Origin: Sphingobacteriia bacterium
GTDB lineage: Bacteria; Bacteroidota; Bacteroidia; NS11-12g; UBA955
Direction: 5' to 3'
Assembly: GCA_021151535.1 (NCBI GenBank)
Contig: JAGKXC010000004.1
Span: 25,513 to 89,512 of the forward strand
DNA length: 64,000 nucleotides
Numbering within the stretch: the stretch's first letter is position 1; each line of letters begins with the position of its first letter. A model generated the notes under the pieces. It was not told the DNA's origin and did not search any database. It saw nothing but the letters and a program-made list of their open reading frames with translations. The translations under genes were made by a program, and so were the position numbers. This document shows, in pieces, positions 1 to 10,097 of the stretch.

Positions 1-364
1 GTCCTATCACTTGTGAAATTCCAGCCGTTGAATCCAACCATCTAACCTCCTGTAAATCAAATTGTAAATTCCCCATCGCCTCCTTCCCTGGATAACCCTT
101 CTTGTATCCATCCAATATTTGCTTCCAATTATTCTTCACACCCTTTTGGGTAATGAATCTTACATCTGCAGATTTTTCATATCCCTGCATAAAACCATCT
201 ATGTCGCCATTGCTCCAACATTTCACCTGACTATTCAATACCGTTCTAACTTGCGCCAAACTGTATGAATTCAAACTTTTAGGGGCCTTGCCACAAGATG
301 AAATCAAAACTACCGATAGCAGCATACCGGCCATCGCCCGAAAATTTAAAAATATTTGCTTCAT
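1..364 (-). CDS. Lipoprotein with SnoaL-like/DUF4440-type domain (partial; 3' end runs off the window; absent from the ORF track)
   Basis: My translation of the minus strand from the ATG at 364..362 gives MKQIFLNFRAMAGMLLSVVLISSCGKAPKS..., with lipobox LISSC. It continues ...VKCWSNGDIDGFMQGYEKSADVRFITQKG... and stays open to base 1. Confidence 0.5.
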   Translation of the reverse strand, partial: MKQIFLNFRAMAGMLLSVVLISSCGKAPKSLNSYSLAQVRTVLNSQVKCWSNGDIDGFMQGYEKSADVRFITQKGVKNNWKQILDGYKKGYPGKEAMGNLQFDLQEVRWLDSTAGISQVIG

Positions 365-375
365 TTTCTATCAAA

Positions 376-1059
376 TTAAGGTGTGTACAAAATGCCAACT
401 GCGAAATTGTTATGATATGTACCACGACCAAAGTATAAGTTATTACTGCCCGACCATGTAATCGATTTCAGGCTGTAAATGTACGATACTTGTAAATTTA
501 CATGATCCGAAAGCGGATAACGCGCCGCCAAATCCAACATATAATTCATTTTTCGCAAATCCTGATCAATGCTTGGCATATACATTTCTGTTTCCTTTGC
601 AGCAAATACCCTTGAAGATTTTATTCCGGCATATAGGGCGATAGGATTCTGCATCCCGCTAAAATTCCACTTCTTAGTTGCACCGAGATTCACATCAATT
701 GTATTGATACGAATATTGAACGGCGTAATGGTAGGATCGATATTGCTAGGCGCTCTTCTTGATCCACGTTCCGCAATTCCCATGCGCATCTCAATGGCAT
801 TCCATGAAGAATTCTTCAACTTATAACCCGTGTTAACACCAAGAAAGTAACCAAATTTATTGAATCCAGAGGCTTGGTCGCCATCAATCTGACAAAACAA
901 AACATCGGTTTGGGTATTGAAGTAAAATCTCCCATTGTTGGTATTTTCTTGTACTTTTTGAACACCCACATGGTTAATTTTGATTTCGGTTTGGGCAAAG
1001 GAATTGGAAATGAATAAGATTCCAAAAGGTAAAATTAAATTGCGCATAGAAAGCATCAT
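376..1059 (-). CDS. Outer-membrane beta-barrel protein (porin-family, small)
   Basis: Signal peptide ending FAQ. Alternating beta-strand pattern and an aromatic-rich C-terminus (AVGILYTP). Confidence 0.55.
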   Translation of the reverse strand: MMLSMRNLILPFGILFISNSFAQTEIKINHVGVQKVQENTNNGRFYFNTQTDVLFCQIDGDQASGFNKFGYFLGVNTGYKLKNSSWNAIEMRMGIAERGSRRAPSNIDPTITPFNIRINTIDVNLGATKKWNFSGMQNPIALYAGIKSSRVFAAKETEMYMPSIDQDLRKMNYMLDLAARYPLSDHVNLQVSYIYSLKSITWSGSNNLYFGRGTYHNNFAVGILYTP

Positions 1060-1092
1060 CGAGGCAATTTACAAGTTAATTTTGAATTTCTG

Positions 1093-2205
1093 ATGAACAG
1101 CCGGCAGTTTAACCATTTTGTAATTATCGGAGCTGGTATAGCTGGCACCACATTGGCACTGGAGCTATGGAAAAAAGGCTGTACCATTGACATAATTGAT
1201 GATGGATATGAATCGGCATCATCTAGGGTTGCGGCAGGCATTTTGAACCCCATTGTTCCAAAGGGAGTTACACTCACTTGGCACGCTACAGATCTATTTC
1301 CATCGGTTTTTGACTATTATAAAAATTGGATTAAAAATTGGGATGTTTCGGGCAAATCAAATCAGATTGTTGAATATCCATTTATTACCATTCACAAATC
1401 CTCCGACGAAAGCAGGCAATGGCAAAAACGCTATCAACATGCAGTGATGAAAGATTGGATTGAGGCAGCGGAAATGCCAAATTTCATGGAGGCTTGGATA
1501 AATGCGAATGCATCAGAAACTATTACAGGCGCAACCTTAAGCAAACATTGTGGCAGATTGGATGTTGCCGCTTTTATTTATTCGGCCAAGCAGTTTTTGA
1601 TCCAAAATGGTGTAAACTTCATTGAAAGAAAATTAGAATACAAAGAGCAAAGTGAAGATGAGTTATTGGATGATATTTTGATGAATTGTTCATCGCAAAA
1701 AGCCGTTGGAATCATATTTTGTGAAGGTATCAAAGCCATAAATAATCCCATATTTAAAGATTTATTTTTCGATCCAACGGGTGGAGACATATTGAAAGTA
1801 AAAATTCAAGGTTTATCAAAAGACACCATGTTTAAAAGAGGATTGTGGCTAGTACCAGTTGGAAATGATGAATGGTTGGCGGGAAGCAATTTTCACAAGG
1901 GAAGCTTAGAAGATAGACCAAACCAGGAGGATGCTGAATCGCTGATCGCCCAATTAAAACAATGGATTCCATTCCCAATTGAATTATTAGAACATAAGCG
2001 AGGTGTGCGACCAACGGTTCAAAATAGAAGACCCTATTTAGGCAAGAACAACATTCACGATAACTGTTTTATTTTCAATGGATTGGGAAGTAAAGGAAGC
2101 AGTTTATGCGCTTGGTTATCGCCAATGATGGCAGATTATGTTTGTGGGGTTGGTGAACTGATTGAAGACGTTGATATACAAAGATTTTATAATGAGAAAT
2201 CCTAA
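1093..2205 (+). CDS. FAD-dependent oxidoreductase (DAO-like)
   Basis: N-terminal Rossmann motif VIIGAGIAGTTLALEL. Length and layout fit the D-amino-acid/glycine-oxidase-type family. Confidence 0.7.
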   Translation: MNSRQFNHFVIIGAGIAGTTLALELWKKGCTIDIIDDGYESASSRVAAGILNPIVPKGVTLTWHATDLFPSVFDYYKNWIKNWDVSGKSNQIVEYPFITIHKSSDESRQWQKRYQHAVMKDWIEAAEMPNFMEAWINANASETITGATLSKHCGRLDVAAFIYSAKQFLIQNGVNFIERKLEYKEQSEDELLDDILMNCSSQKAVGIIFCEGIKAINNPIFKDLFFDPTGGDILKVKIQGLSKDTMFKRGLWLVPVGNDEWLAGSNFHKGSLEDRPNQEDAESLIAQLKQWIPFPIELLEHKRGVRPTVQNRRPYLGKNNIHDNCFIFNGLGSKGSSLCAWLSPMMADYVCGVGELIEDVDIQRFYNEKS

Positions 2206-2280
2206 AATAAGAATTGATACATGTGAAAAAAAGGATGAGGTGGAAGTTTCGGTGCGGCGAAAACCAAATGCAAGAGTTGT

Positions 2281-3231
2281 CTAAGCACCCATTTCCAAGA
2301 AGACGATAAAATCTTCCGGACTTGCGATGACTTTGCAGTTGGCAGGAAGTTTTAAATCTTTGCGCTTTACAACTTGGTTGCCCGTTAACAGCACAGTAGT
2401 TTTGGCAAAACTTCTAGATAACGTATTTACATAAACCTGAACTGGCATCGTTTGACTGGCATTGGTAATGGCGCAAAAGATTACATCAGGATTGTGCAGT
2501 TTGAAGATTTTATTTAAATCGTCAATTGGCGTTGAATTGCCTAAATATATAACTTTCTGACCTTTTTCTCTTAAAATATAAGAAGCAAATAGAAGACTTA
2601 ATTCATGGTTTTCACCATTGGGAAGGAATAAAAGAAACTTTTTCGCATCTGGCGCCAATTGAACATTCAATTGATCGATTGCAACGATGATGCGTTGCTT
2701 GATGAGGTTGGAAATAAAATGTTCATGAGCTACATGTATAGAACCACTCAACCAAAGAACGCCCACATGCTGTAAAAATGGGAATATAATGTGGGTGGTA
2801 GTTTCATGCATACCCAATTTAAGGATATTGATGGATAGAATTTTATTAAATTCCTTTTCATCAAAATCCAACATTGCCGATGCAAGCGCTTGAATTTGTT
2901 GTTGGTAAGTAGAATTACTTTCTGAGATCACCAAAGTTCGTCGCTGAACTTCTTCTCTCGTCATTTTAGCAATTCGAGAAATTTTGTAACCATTGGCATT
3001 TAGAATGGCGATATTCATCATGTATTTGAGGTCGTCTTCCTCATAATATCTGATATTCGTATCGGTTCTTTTTGGAACCAACATTCCATATCGTTGTTCC
3101 CAAATCCTTAAAGTATAGGCTTTAATGCCAGTAATATTCTCGATATCTTTGATAAAATACTTATCCCTAAAATCTTTTTTCGACTTTTTGGGATCTAGTT
3201 TGTTATTATCTTCAGACAATTGATTCAACAT
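2281..3231 (-). CDS. MerR-family transcriptional regulator with C-terminal cobalamin-binding domain (CarH/LitR-like)
   Basis: MerR HTH (ITGIKAYTLRIWEQRYGMLVPKRTDTNIRYY). Wx9EH motif (WLSGSIHVAHEH). ExHxx motif GENHELS aligns to CarH GERHEIG. Confidence 0.8.
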   Translation of the reverse strand: MLNQLSEDNNKLDPKKSKKDFRDKYFIKDIENITGIKAYTLRIWEQRYGMLVPKRTDTNIRYYEEDDLKYMMNIAILNANGYKISRIAKMTREEVQRRTLVISESNSTYQQQIQALASAMLDFDEKEFNKILSINILKLGMHETTTHIIFPFLQHVGVLWLSGSIHVAHEHFISNLIKQRIIVAIDQLNVQLAPDAKKFLLFLPNGENHELSLLFASYILREKGQKVIYLGNSTPIDDLNKIFKLHNPDVIFCAITNASQTMPVQVYVNTLSRSFAKTTVLLTGNQVVKRKDLKLPANCKVIASPEDFIVFLEMGA

Positions 3232-4219
3232 GGCTAAGGTATTCGTAATTTCTGGTTCTAGCGGTTTGATAGGATCTTACATTCATTCCCAACTTTTAAA
3301 GATGGGTATTGAAGTAAAAACCCTCAATCGTTTGGTAAGTAACAAACCAACAATGCAAAAAGATTTAAAAAATGAAAAAAAATCTTTTTGGGCAAATCCT
3401 GAAATTCTGGAAGGTGCAGATGCTGTAATCCATTTGGCTGGAGCGAATGTAGCCGAGCCATGGACAAAGGCTCATAAGAATAGAATTCTTCAATCACGGA
3501 TTGATGGTACAGAAGCATTGGTTAATGCTATCGCTGCTTGCATCCATCCTCCCAAAAAACTGATTTCTACGAGCGCCATTGGATACTACCCAGATCCTTG
3601 TTTTGAAATATTAACAGAAGAGAGCCATAGCTCCAACAGCTTCCTTTCTAATGTTTGCCAACAATGGGAAAAAGCTCTTTACTGCGCTCCGTTGCCATTA
3701 ACTGATATATCAGTGGTACGCGTTGGGCTAGTTTTGGCTACAGATTCAAAGATCATTACTGCATCTGCCATGAGTTATCTTCTAAGTGGAACTGTAAGTA
3801 TCGTTGGCTCTAAGAAAAATATGTGGAGTTGGATTCATATCCATGACTTATCGAATTTATTTATTTCATTGGCAAATGGCGATATAAATTTTGGCATTTA
3901 CAACGGTGTAGCGCCTGTACCTTTAGAACAAGGGAATTTTGGGTTAACCTTTGAAAGATTTCCCGTTATAGGGCAAACGATACCTAAACCAGTCAGGAGA
4001 TTGAAAAATATCGCCCGTAAAATCAATAAAATTTGGTTTGGGTTTAGGATTATTGTCCCGAGTTGGGGCATCAGATTGTTGTGGGGAGAGAGAGCTCAAA
4101 TAGCGTTAACCAATCAAAATGTTAGTGCACAAAAAACAATTCATTCGGGTTTTGTGTTTCAATACCCGAACATTGAGTTAGCCTTGGAGGCGCTTAGCAA
4201 AAACAATCCAAATGATTAA
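3230..4219 (+). CDS. TIGR01777-type NAD-dependent epimerase/dehydratase-family protein (SDR, DUF1731 C-terminus)
   Basis: N-terminal VFVISGSSGLIGSYI glycine-rich NAD motif. Atypical-SDR length. Confidence 0.7.
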   Translation: MAKVFVISGSSGLIGSYIHSQLLKMGIEVKTLNRLVSNKPTMQKDLKNEKKSFWANPEILEGADAVIHLAGANVAEPWTKAHKNRILQSRIDGTEALVNAIAACIHPPKKLISTSAIGYYPDPCFEILTEESHSSNSFLSNVCQQWEKALYCAPLPLTDISVVRVGLVLATDSKIITASAMSYLLSGTVSIVGSKKNMWSWIHIHDLSNLFISLANGDINFGIYNGVAPVPLEQGNFGLTFERFPVIGQTIPKPVRRLKNIARKINKIWFGFRIIVPSWGIRLLWGERAQIALTNQNVSAQKTIHSGFVFQYPNIELALEALSKNNPND

Positions 4220-5594
4220 GATCAACTATTTCTGGTTTCGCAGAGATTTACGATTAAACGACAATCACGGTTTATATGAGGCATTGAAAGCAGGACTTCC
4301 TGTTCGATGCGTTTTCATCTTTGACACCACCATTCTTGAAAAACTGCCGCCTAATGATTTAAGGGTACAATTTATTTTTATCGAGATTCAACGATTAAGA
4401 AATGAATTAAAAGGCCTTTCAACCGATTTTCACCCCTGTAACAGCGATTTGGAGATTTGGTATGGCAACCCATTAGAATTGTGGGAACAACGTATTCAAT
4501 TGGGCGATATAAACGCCATTTTTTGCAACAGAGATTACGAGCCCGCTGCCATTGTTAGAGATCAAAAGGTTCACAATTTAGCAATGTCGTTGGGTGTAAA
4601 CTTCCTCAATTTCAAAGACCAATGCATTTTTGAAGCAGCGGAAGTTACCAAAGACGATGGAAAACCGTACACTGTTTTCACACCTTACTCCAAAAAATGG
4701 CGATATGAACTACAGAAACAGTGTTTAATTGACAATCAGGGCAATTGGCACTATCAGCACAATTACCCCTCTGAAACGCTCTTAAACAAGCTTGAAAAGG
4801 CAGATTCCATTCATTCTCAGCATTCCAACTTCAATCAAAAAGACATTACCTTAGAAAAGCTGGGTTTTGAAACAGTGAATTTCATCTATCCGGCAAAAAC
4901 AGTTTCGCAAAGTTTAATTCAATCCTACAGTGAAAAGAGAGATTTTCCAGCCATTCAAGGCACCTCAAGATTGGGCATTCATTTTAGATTTGGAACTTTA
5001 TCTATTAGGGAAAAGCTGAGAAGAGCTTTATTGCTCAACCAAACCTTTGTAAATGAATTGATTTGGAGAGACTTTTATATGCAGATATTGTGGCATTTCC
5101 CCCATGTAGAAAAGAAAAGTTTCAAACCTGCATACGATTTAATCAATTGGCAAAACAACGAGGATGATTTCCAAAAATGGAAAGAGGGTAAAACGGGATA
5201 TCCCATTGTAGATGCAGGAATGCGTGAATTGAATCAAACCGGATTCATGCACAATCGCGTGCGAATGATTACTGCAAGTTTTCTCACTAAGCATCTTTTG
5301 ATTGATTGGCGATGGGGAGAAGCTTATTTTGCTGAGAAATTATTAGACTTTGAAATGGCAAGTAATAATGGCGGTTGGCAATGGGCCGCAGGATCTGGCG
5401 TAGACGCTGCCCCATACTTCCGAATATTCAACCCCACTGCGCAAATGGAAAAGTTCGACAAACAAGGTATTTACATAAAAAAGTGGGTTCCAGAATTGCT
5501 AAAAGGAACATATCCAAAGCCAATGATCGATCATACATTTGCACGCAATCGCTGCTTAGAAACCTATAATTTGGCGCTAAAAAAAGAGGGCTAA
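4212..5594 (+). CDS. phr: Deoxyribodipyrimidine photolyase / cryptochrome-family flavoprotein
   Basis: FWFRRDLRLNDNHGL N-terminus. C-terminal FAD-binding signature (DWRWGEAYFAEKLLDFEMASNNGGWQWAAGSG..APYFRIFNP). Confidence 0.85.
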   Translation: MIKINYFWFRRDLRLNDNHGLYEALKAGLPVRCVFIFDTTILEKLPPNDLRVQFIFIEIQRLRNELKGLSTDFHPCNSDLEIWYGNPLELWEQRIQLGDINAIFCNRDYEPAAIVRDQKVHNLAMSLGVNFLNFKDQCIFEAAEVTKDDGKPYTVFTPYSKKWRYELQKQCLIDNQGNWHYQHNYPSETLLNKLEKADSIHSQHSNFNQKDITLEKLGFETVNFIYPAKTVSQSLIQSYSEKRDFPAIQGTSRLGIHFRFGTLSIREKLRRALLLNQTFVNELIWRDFYMQILWHFPHVEKKSFKPAYDLINWQNNEDDFQKWKEGKTGYPIVDAGMRELNQTGFMHNRVRMITASFLTKHLLIDWRWGEAYFAEKLLDFEMASNNGGWQWAAGSGVDAAPYFRIFNPTAQMEKFDKQGIYIKKWVPELLKGTYPKPMIDHTFARNRCLETYNLALKKEG

Positions 5595-5649
5595 CTCCAT
5601 GCGAAATTAGCCCTTTCTTACTTCAAGTATTACTTTAAGCAAACTTAAA

Positions 5650-6748
5650 CTATCGCTTTAACTCGCCACCAGAAGCCATTAATAGATAACTCTTTATAAA
5701 TGGCCACAATTCGCCATCCATAACGTTTTGCACGTTGGATGTTTCTTCGCCAGTTCTTACATCTTTAATCAACTTGTATGGATGGAACACATAGTTTCTA
5801 ATTTGAGAACCCCATTCGATTTTCATCTTAGAATCTTCGATTTCCGCTCTTGCAGCATTGCGCTTTGCAACCTCCATTTCATACAACCTTGACTTCAACA
5901 TTTGCATCGCCCTTTCACGGTTTCCGTTTTGGGTTCTTTCTACCTGACAAACCACCACAATACCAGTTGGAATGTGGGTTAACTGAACCTTGGTTTCAAC
6001 CTTGTTCACGTTCTGCCCTCCAGCGCCACCGCTTCGAGAAGTATGCAATTCAATATCAGCCGGCTTCAGATCAATTTCAATGGTATCATCAACCAAAGGA
6101 TAAACGTAAATACTCACAAATGAGGTATGTCGTCTCGCATTAGAATCAAATGGAGAAATTCTCACCATACGGTGCACACCGTTTTCACCTTTCAGATAAC
6201 CGAATGCGAAATCGCCCCGAAATTCCAAGGACACGCTTTTCACTCCTGCCACATCACCGTCTTGCCTGTCTAATTCCGTTACTTGCATTTTGTTTTTCTC
6301 GCCCCACATGATGTACATACGCATCAACATTTCCGCCCAATCGCAACTTTCAGTTCCACCCGCTCCGGCATTGATTTCCAAAACACAACCCAAATGATCT
6401 TCTTCGTTTTGCAGCATGTTCTTGAACTCCAATTCTTCCACTTGATTCACAAGTTTCTCGTATTGTTCATGAACTTCTTCGGCAGTGGCTTCACCCATTT
6501 CTTGGAATTCAACCAACACATCTACATCGCCTAATGAATTTTCAATTACAGAGAATGCCTCAGTCCAAACTTTCTTTTCACGAATTTTGCGCATATGCGC
6601 TTCTGCTTTTTTAGGATCATCCCAGAAACCGGGATCTAAAGTTTGAGATTCTTCGTCGGCTATTTCAGCCAATTTTCTATCGATGTCAAAGATACCTCCT
6701 CAAAGCCTCAACACGGCCTCTTATATCCTTTAAATTATCGCTATTCAC
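5650..6748 (-). CDS. prfB: Peptide chain release factor 2, translated with a +1 programmed frameshift
   Basis: The track ORF 5650..6672 carries GGQ ([14 protein letters not shown]) and SPF (RISPFDS). Upstream frame-0 leader from GTG 6748 reads [20 protein letters not shown]-stop. It joins at CTT TGA C to [13 protein letters not shown]..., 365 aa in total. The GTG start is inferred. Confidence 0.9.
6685..6700 (-). promoter_or_regulatory. RF2 +1 frameshift site: internal SD-like AGGAGG, then TAT CTT TGA C
   Basis: The minus strand reads AGGAGGTATCTTTGAC. This matches the canonical autoregulatory prfB recoding signal (E. coli AGGGGGUAUCUUUGAC). Confidence 0.9.
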
Positions 6749-6810
6749 ACAGCAAAAATACGAAGAAATATGCCAAATCAAACAATAAGGAAATCCTAGT
6801 TTAGATATAA

Positions 6811-7650
6811 TTAAAGTTCAAAATCAGCTTCTGCAATAAATGGAAATCTATTTCGAAACAACTGCAATGGCTTTTTCTCTATTACCACATGTGCCATTCC
6901 TTCTTTTTCAAATGGCAGCAACCGATATTGCCCATCAAATCCCACCACTTGAGAATGCCCATTGTGAGAAATTCCATTTCCATCTTTACCCACCCGATTC
7001 ACTGCAACCACATAACTTTGGTTTTCAATGGCGCGCGCTTGAAGCAATGCATCCCATGCAGCAACCCTCGATTGAGGCCAGTTGGCTACTACCAACAAAA
7101 CATCAGGCCAATTTTCTACAAAGCTTTCTCTGTTGTTTTCTGGCGATAATTTCCTGGCTACTTCCATCATCGATTTCCTAATCCATCCAGGGAATCGAAG
7201 ATCAAAACACACCTGAGGAACTATCTGAAAACCGTAACAATCAAAACTAGCCATTTGATCACCTGCTGAATAATGTTCATGCTCATTTGCATACGAAAAC
7301 AGATGTCGTTTGTTGTAATCACAAACAATTTCTCCATCTCTAACAGCTAAGAATTTATTGTAAAATTCACCATCGCTTTTAAACGATAAAGAACCGCAAA
7401 TGGTTATTCCATCGCTTTTTTCCTTCATCCAATTTATTGTATCTCCATCATATCCTTCAGCAAATAATTCAGGCTGCATGGTAAAACCAGTTGCATACAT
7501 TTCTGGAAGCACAACAAGGGATGCTGGCGGTATTTGCTTAAGGTGCCATTCCAGGCGCATTCGATTGGCTTTTGGGTTCTCCCATGCCAAATCTGTTTGC
7601 ACCAAGAATACATCTAAAAATTCTTTTGATTGGGAATTGTTGTTATTCAA
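6811..7650 (-). CDS. Carbon-nitrogen hydrolase family protein (omega-amidase/YafV-like)
   Basis: Nitrilase-superfamily layout with LVVLPEMYATGF (catalytic Glu region). Lies 13 nt downstream of the aminotransferase. Confidence 0.75.
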   Translation of the reverse strand: MNNNNSQSKEFLDVFLVQTDLAWENPKANRMRLEWHLKQIPPASLVVLPEMYATGFTMQPELFAEGYDGDTINWMKEKSDGITICGSLSFKSDGEFYNKFLAVRDGEIVCDYNKRHLFSYANEHEHYSAGDQMASFDCYGFQIVPQVCFDLRFPGWIRKSMMEVARKLSPENNRESFVENWPDVLLVVANWPQSRVAAWDALLQARAIENQSYVVAVNRVGKDGNGISHNGHSQVVGFDGQYRLLPFEKEGMAHVVIEKKPLQLFRNRFPFIAEADFEL

Positions 7651-7663
7651 AATACCTTTCCTT

Positions 7664-8836
7664 TCATTTTAACGAGCAAATTATTTGGGCGGCTTTCTCC
7701 AAAGTTTGATCTTCTTTCGCAAAACAGAAACGCAAGAATTTACCAGGCAAAGTTGCTTTAGAGAAAGCGCTCATGGGAATAGTTGCCAAGCCTTTTTCAA
7801 TCGTAAGCCACTTGGCATAATCCAAATCGCTTAATTGAGTATAATCAGAAACCTCTGCCACCACAAAATAGCTACCTTCGCAAGGAAGCAACTTCAATCC
7901 TGCAGGAGCAATCAAACTTAAAAAACAATCTCTTTTTTGTTGCATCAACTGTGAAACAGACGCTTCATAGTTTGGATTTTTCTTCAAAAATTCATGCGCC
8001 GCCACTTGCATTGGGGTATTTGCTGCAAAAGCCATGAACTGATACACCTTTCGAATCTCTTGTGAAATATATGCAGGCGCTGTTACATAGCCCAATTTCC
8101 AGCCTGTGGCATGGAAGGTTTTTCCAAATGAGGAAATGGCAACGGCTTTTTGAGCCAATTGCTCATGCTGCAATACAGAAACGTGCGATTGTTGATCCAT
8201 TACCATATGTTCATATACTTCATCAGAAATTACACCCACATCGGAATCCTTTAATATGCTTGCCAAATCATCCCAATCCGATTGTTTCATGGTAAATCCC
8301 AATGGATTATGGGGCGTATTAATCACAATCCATTTGGTTTTGGAATTAATAACGGCTTTCACTTCATCCCAGGGCCAGGGCGATGCACTTCTATCAACAT
8401 TTTCTAAATCCATACTAATATTCACCCTTCTTACAACCCCGCCATTCAATTCAATTACAGGCGCATATGAATCATAACTCGGATCCAACACAATCACTTC
8501 ATCGCCTGGATGAACCAAAGCTGAAAATGTAGCATACAATCCAGCGGTGGCGCCGGGTACCAATGTAATCTCTGTTTCTGGATTCACCTCCACCCCTCGC
8601 CAATCCTTCATTCGCTGTGCTAACAAATCCCTCAACTCCATTAAACCCGGCATCGGAGCATATTGATTGCGCCCTGCAGAAATGGCTTGAAACACCTCTT
8701 CCTGTAAAGCCACCGGAGGATTAAACTCCGGAAAACCTTGCGACAAATTAATTGCCTTATGTGCTGCAGCCAAACCCGACATCACCGAAAAAATTGACGC
8801 CCCGTACTGCGGTAATTTTGATTCCAAAGATTTCAT
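7664..8836 (-). CDS. PLP-dependent class I/II aminotransferase (methionine/glutamine transaminase, YbdL-like)
   Basis: SSFGKTFHATGWKLGY PLP-lysine motif. NTPHNPLG motif. Confidence 0.85.
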   Translation of the reverse strand: MKSLESKLPQYGASIFSVMSGLAAAHKAINLSQGFPEFNPPVALQEEVFQAISAGRNQYAPMPGLMELRDLLAQRMKDWRGVEVNPETEITLVPGATAGLYATFSALVHPGDEVIVLDPSYDSYAPVIELNGGVVRRVNISMDLENVDRSASPWPWDEVKAVINSKTKWIVINTPHNPLGFTMKQSDWDDLASILKDSDVGVISDEVYEHMVMDQQSHVSVLQHEQLAQKAVAISSFGKTFHATGWKLGYVTAPAYISQEIRKVYQFMAFAANTPMQVAAHEFLKKNPNYEASVSQLMQQKRDCFLSLIAPAGLKLLPCEGSYFVVAEVSDYTQLSDLDYAKWLTIEKGLATIPMSAFSKATLPGKFLRFCFAKEDQTLEKAAQIICSLK

Positions 8837-8912
8837 ATGCTTCTACCTGATTTGCGAAGTTAGGCCTTAGTGGAAAAGGTTGAAAAGGTGTTGTATATTG
8901 CCGTTGAATTTT

Positions 8913-10097
8913 ATGACGATGTTCACATTTCTGAAACAGCACAAAATCTCTGTGCTTGTTACCGCAATCGGCTGTTCTGCTATTGTTTGGACCATTTCCT
9001 TGTACGCCGGTAGCCAATCTTCTGTGGAAAAAAACCAACACAAAAAATCTACCAACTCCGATACAACCTTCACTTTATTGTTTGGTGGCGATATGATGGG
9101 ACACCAACCCATGATCAACGCCGCATGGAACGATTCTACCCAAAAATACGAATACTTACCTTGGTTTCAATTCATTCAACCCATTGTAAATCAAGCCACT
9201 TGGTCGTGCGCCAATTTGGAAGTCACCCTTGCTGGCCCTCCCTATTCTGGTTATCCGCAGTTTTCATCGCCCGATGATTACGCCGCGGCCATACAACAAG
9301 CTGGATTCGACTTTTTGGTTACTGCCAACAACCATTCTCAAGACAGAGGAAAAGACGGCTTGGAACGCACTATTTCGGTGTTAGACAGTCTAAAAATACC
9401 GCATACTGGCACATTTATAGACACGGGTGCATTCAAACAATCCCACCCAGCAGTGGTGGAAGTTGCTGGTTGCAAAATTGCTATTCTCAATTACACTTAT
9501 GGAACCAACGGTTTGGTTGTAAAACATCCAAATATGGTGAATATGATTGATACGGCATGGATGGATAAAGAAATGAAAAAAGCCAAGCAATTGGGTGTAG
9601 ATTTAATCATTCCTGTAATGCATTGGGGAGTTGAATACATGACAACAGAAAATGCCGATCAGCGAAAAACGGCAGAATTCCTTGCTACCCGTGGCGCCAA
9701 TGCCATCATTGGCATGCATCCCCATGTGGTTCAGCCAATCAAATATGTTGCAGGCCCTAAGTCGGCTCAGGTTCCTGTAGCATTTAGTTTGGGCAATTTC
9801 GTTTCCAACCAAAGAGATATTAACCGCGATGGCGGCATCATGGTACAATTAACTTGCAAGAAAATAAAAGGCAAAGTAAGCGTACAAAAGGTAAGTTATA
9901 TTCCATTCTGGGTTTGGCGATTGCAAGAAACTAACGTTCAATACCACCTCAGAAAAGGTTATTATATTTTAACGGAAAAGCAAGTAAGCATGTTAACCGG
10001 CGAAGACAAAGACAAGGCTACCTTGTTCTTCAGCAATGTGAGAAAGATAGTAAACGGGCCAGACACCCATCGCCCGATTGAAGAAATAAAACCTTAA
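8913..10097 (+). CDS. CapA-family (PGA_cap metallophosphatase-like) membrane-anchored protein
   Basis: FGGDMMGH and ANNHSQDRG motifs with an N-terminal TM helix. I prefer the first ATG at 8913 to the track's TTG at 8880. Confidence 0.7.
   Translation: MTMFTFLKQHKISVLVTAIGCSAIVWTISLYAGSQSSVEKNQHKKSTNSDTTFTLLFGGDMMGHQPMINAAWNDSTQKYEYLPWFQFIQPIVNQATWSCANLEVTLAGPPYSGYPQFSSPDDYAAAIQQAGFDFLVTANNHSQDRGKDGLERTISVLDSLKIPHTGTFIDTGAFKQSHPAVVEVAGCKIAILNYTYGTNGLVVKHPNMVNMIDTAWMDKEMKKAKQLGVDLIIPVMHWGVEYMTTENADQRKTAEFLATRGANAIIGMHPHVVQPIKYVAGPKSAQVPVAFSLGNFVSNQRDINRDGGIMVQLTCKKIKGKVSVQKVSYIPFWVWRLQETNVQYHLRKGYYILTEKQVSMLTGEDKDKATLFFSNVRKIVNGPDTHRPIEEIKP

Noticed and set aside
6811-8836. Aminotransferase plus C-N hydrolase pair as a novel pathway.
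   Set aside because: This is the well-known glutamine/methionine transaminase plus omega-amidase pairing (YbdL/YafV-type, methionine-salvage related). It is ordinary.
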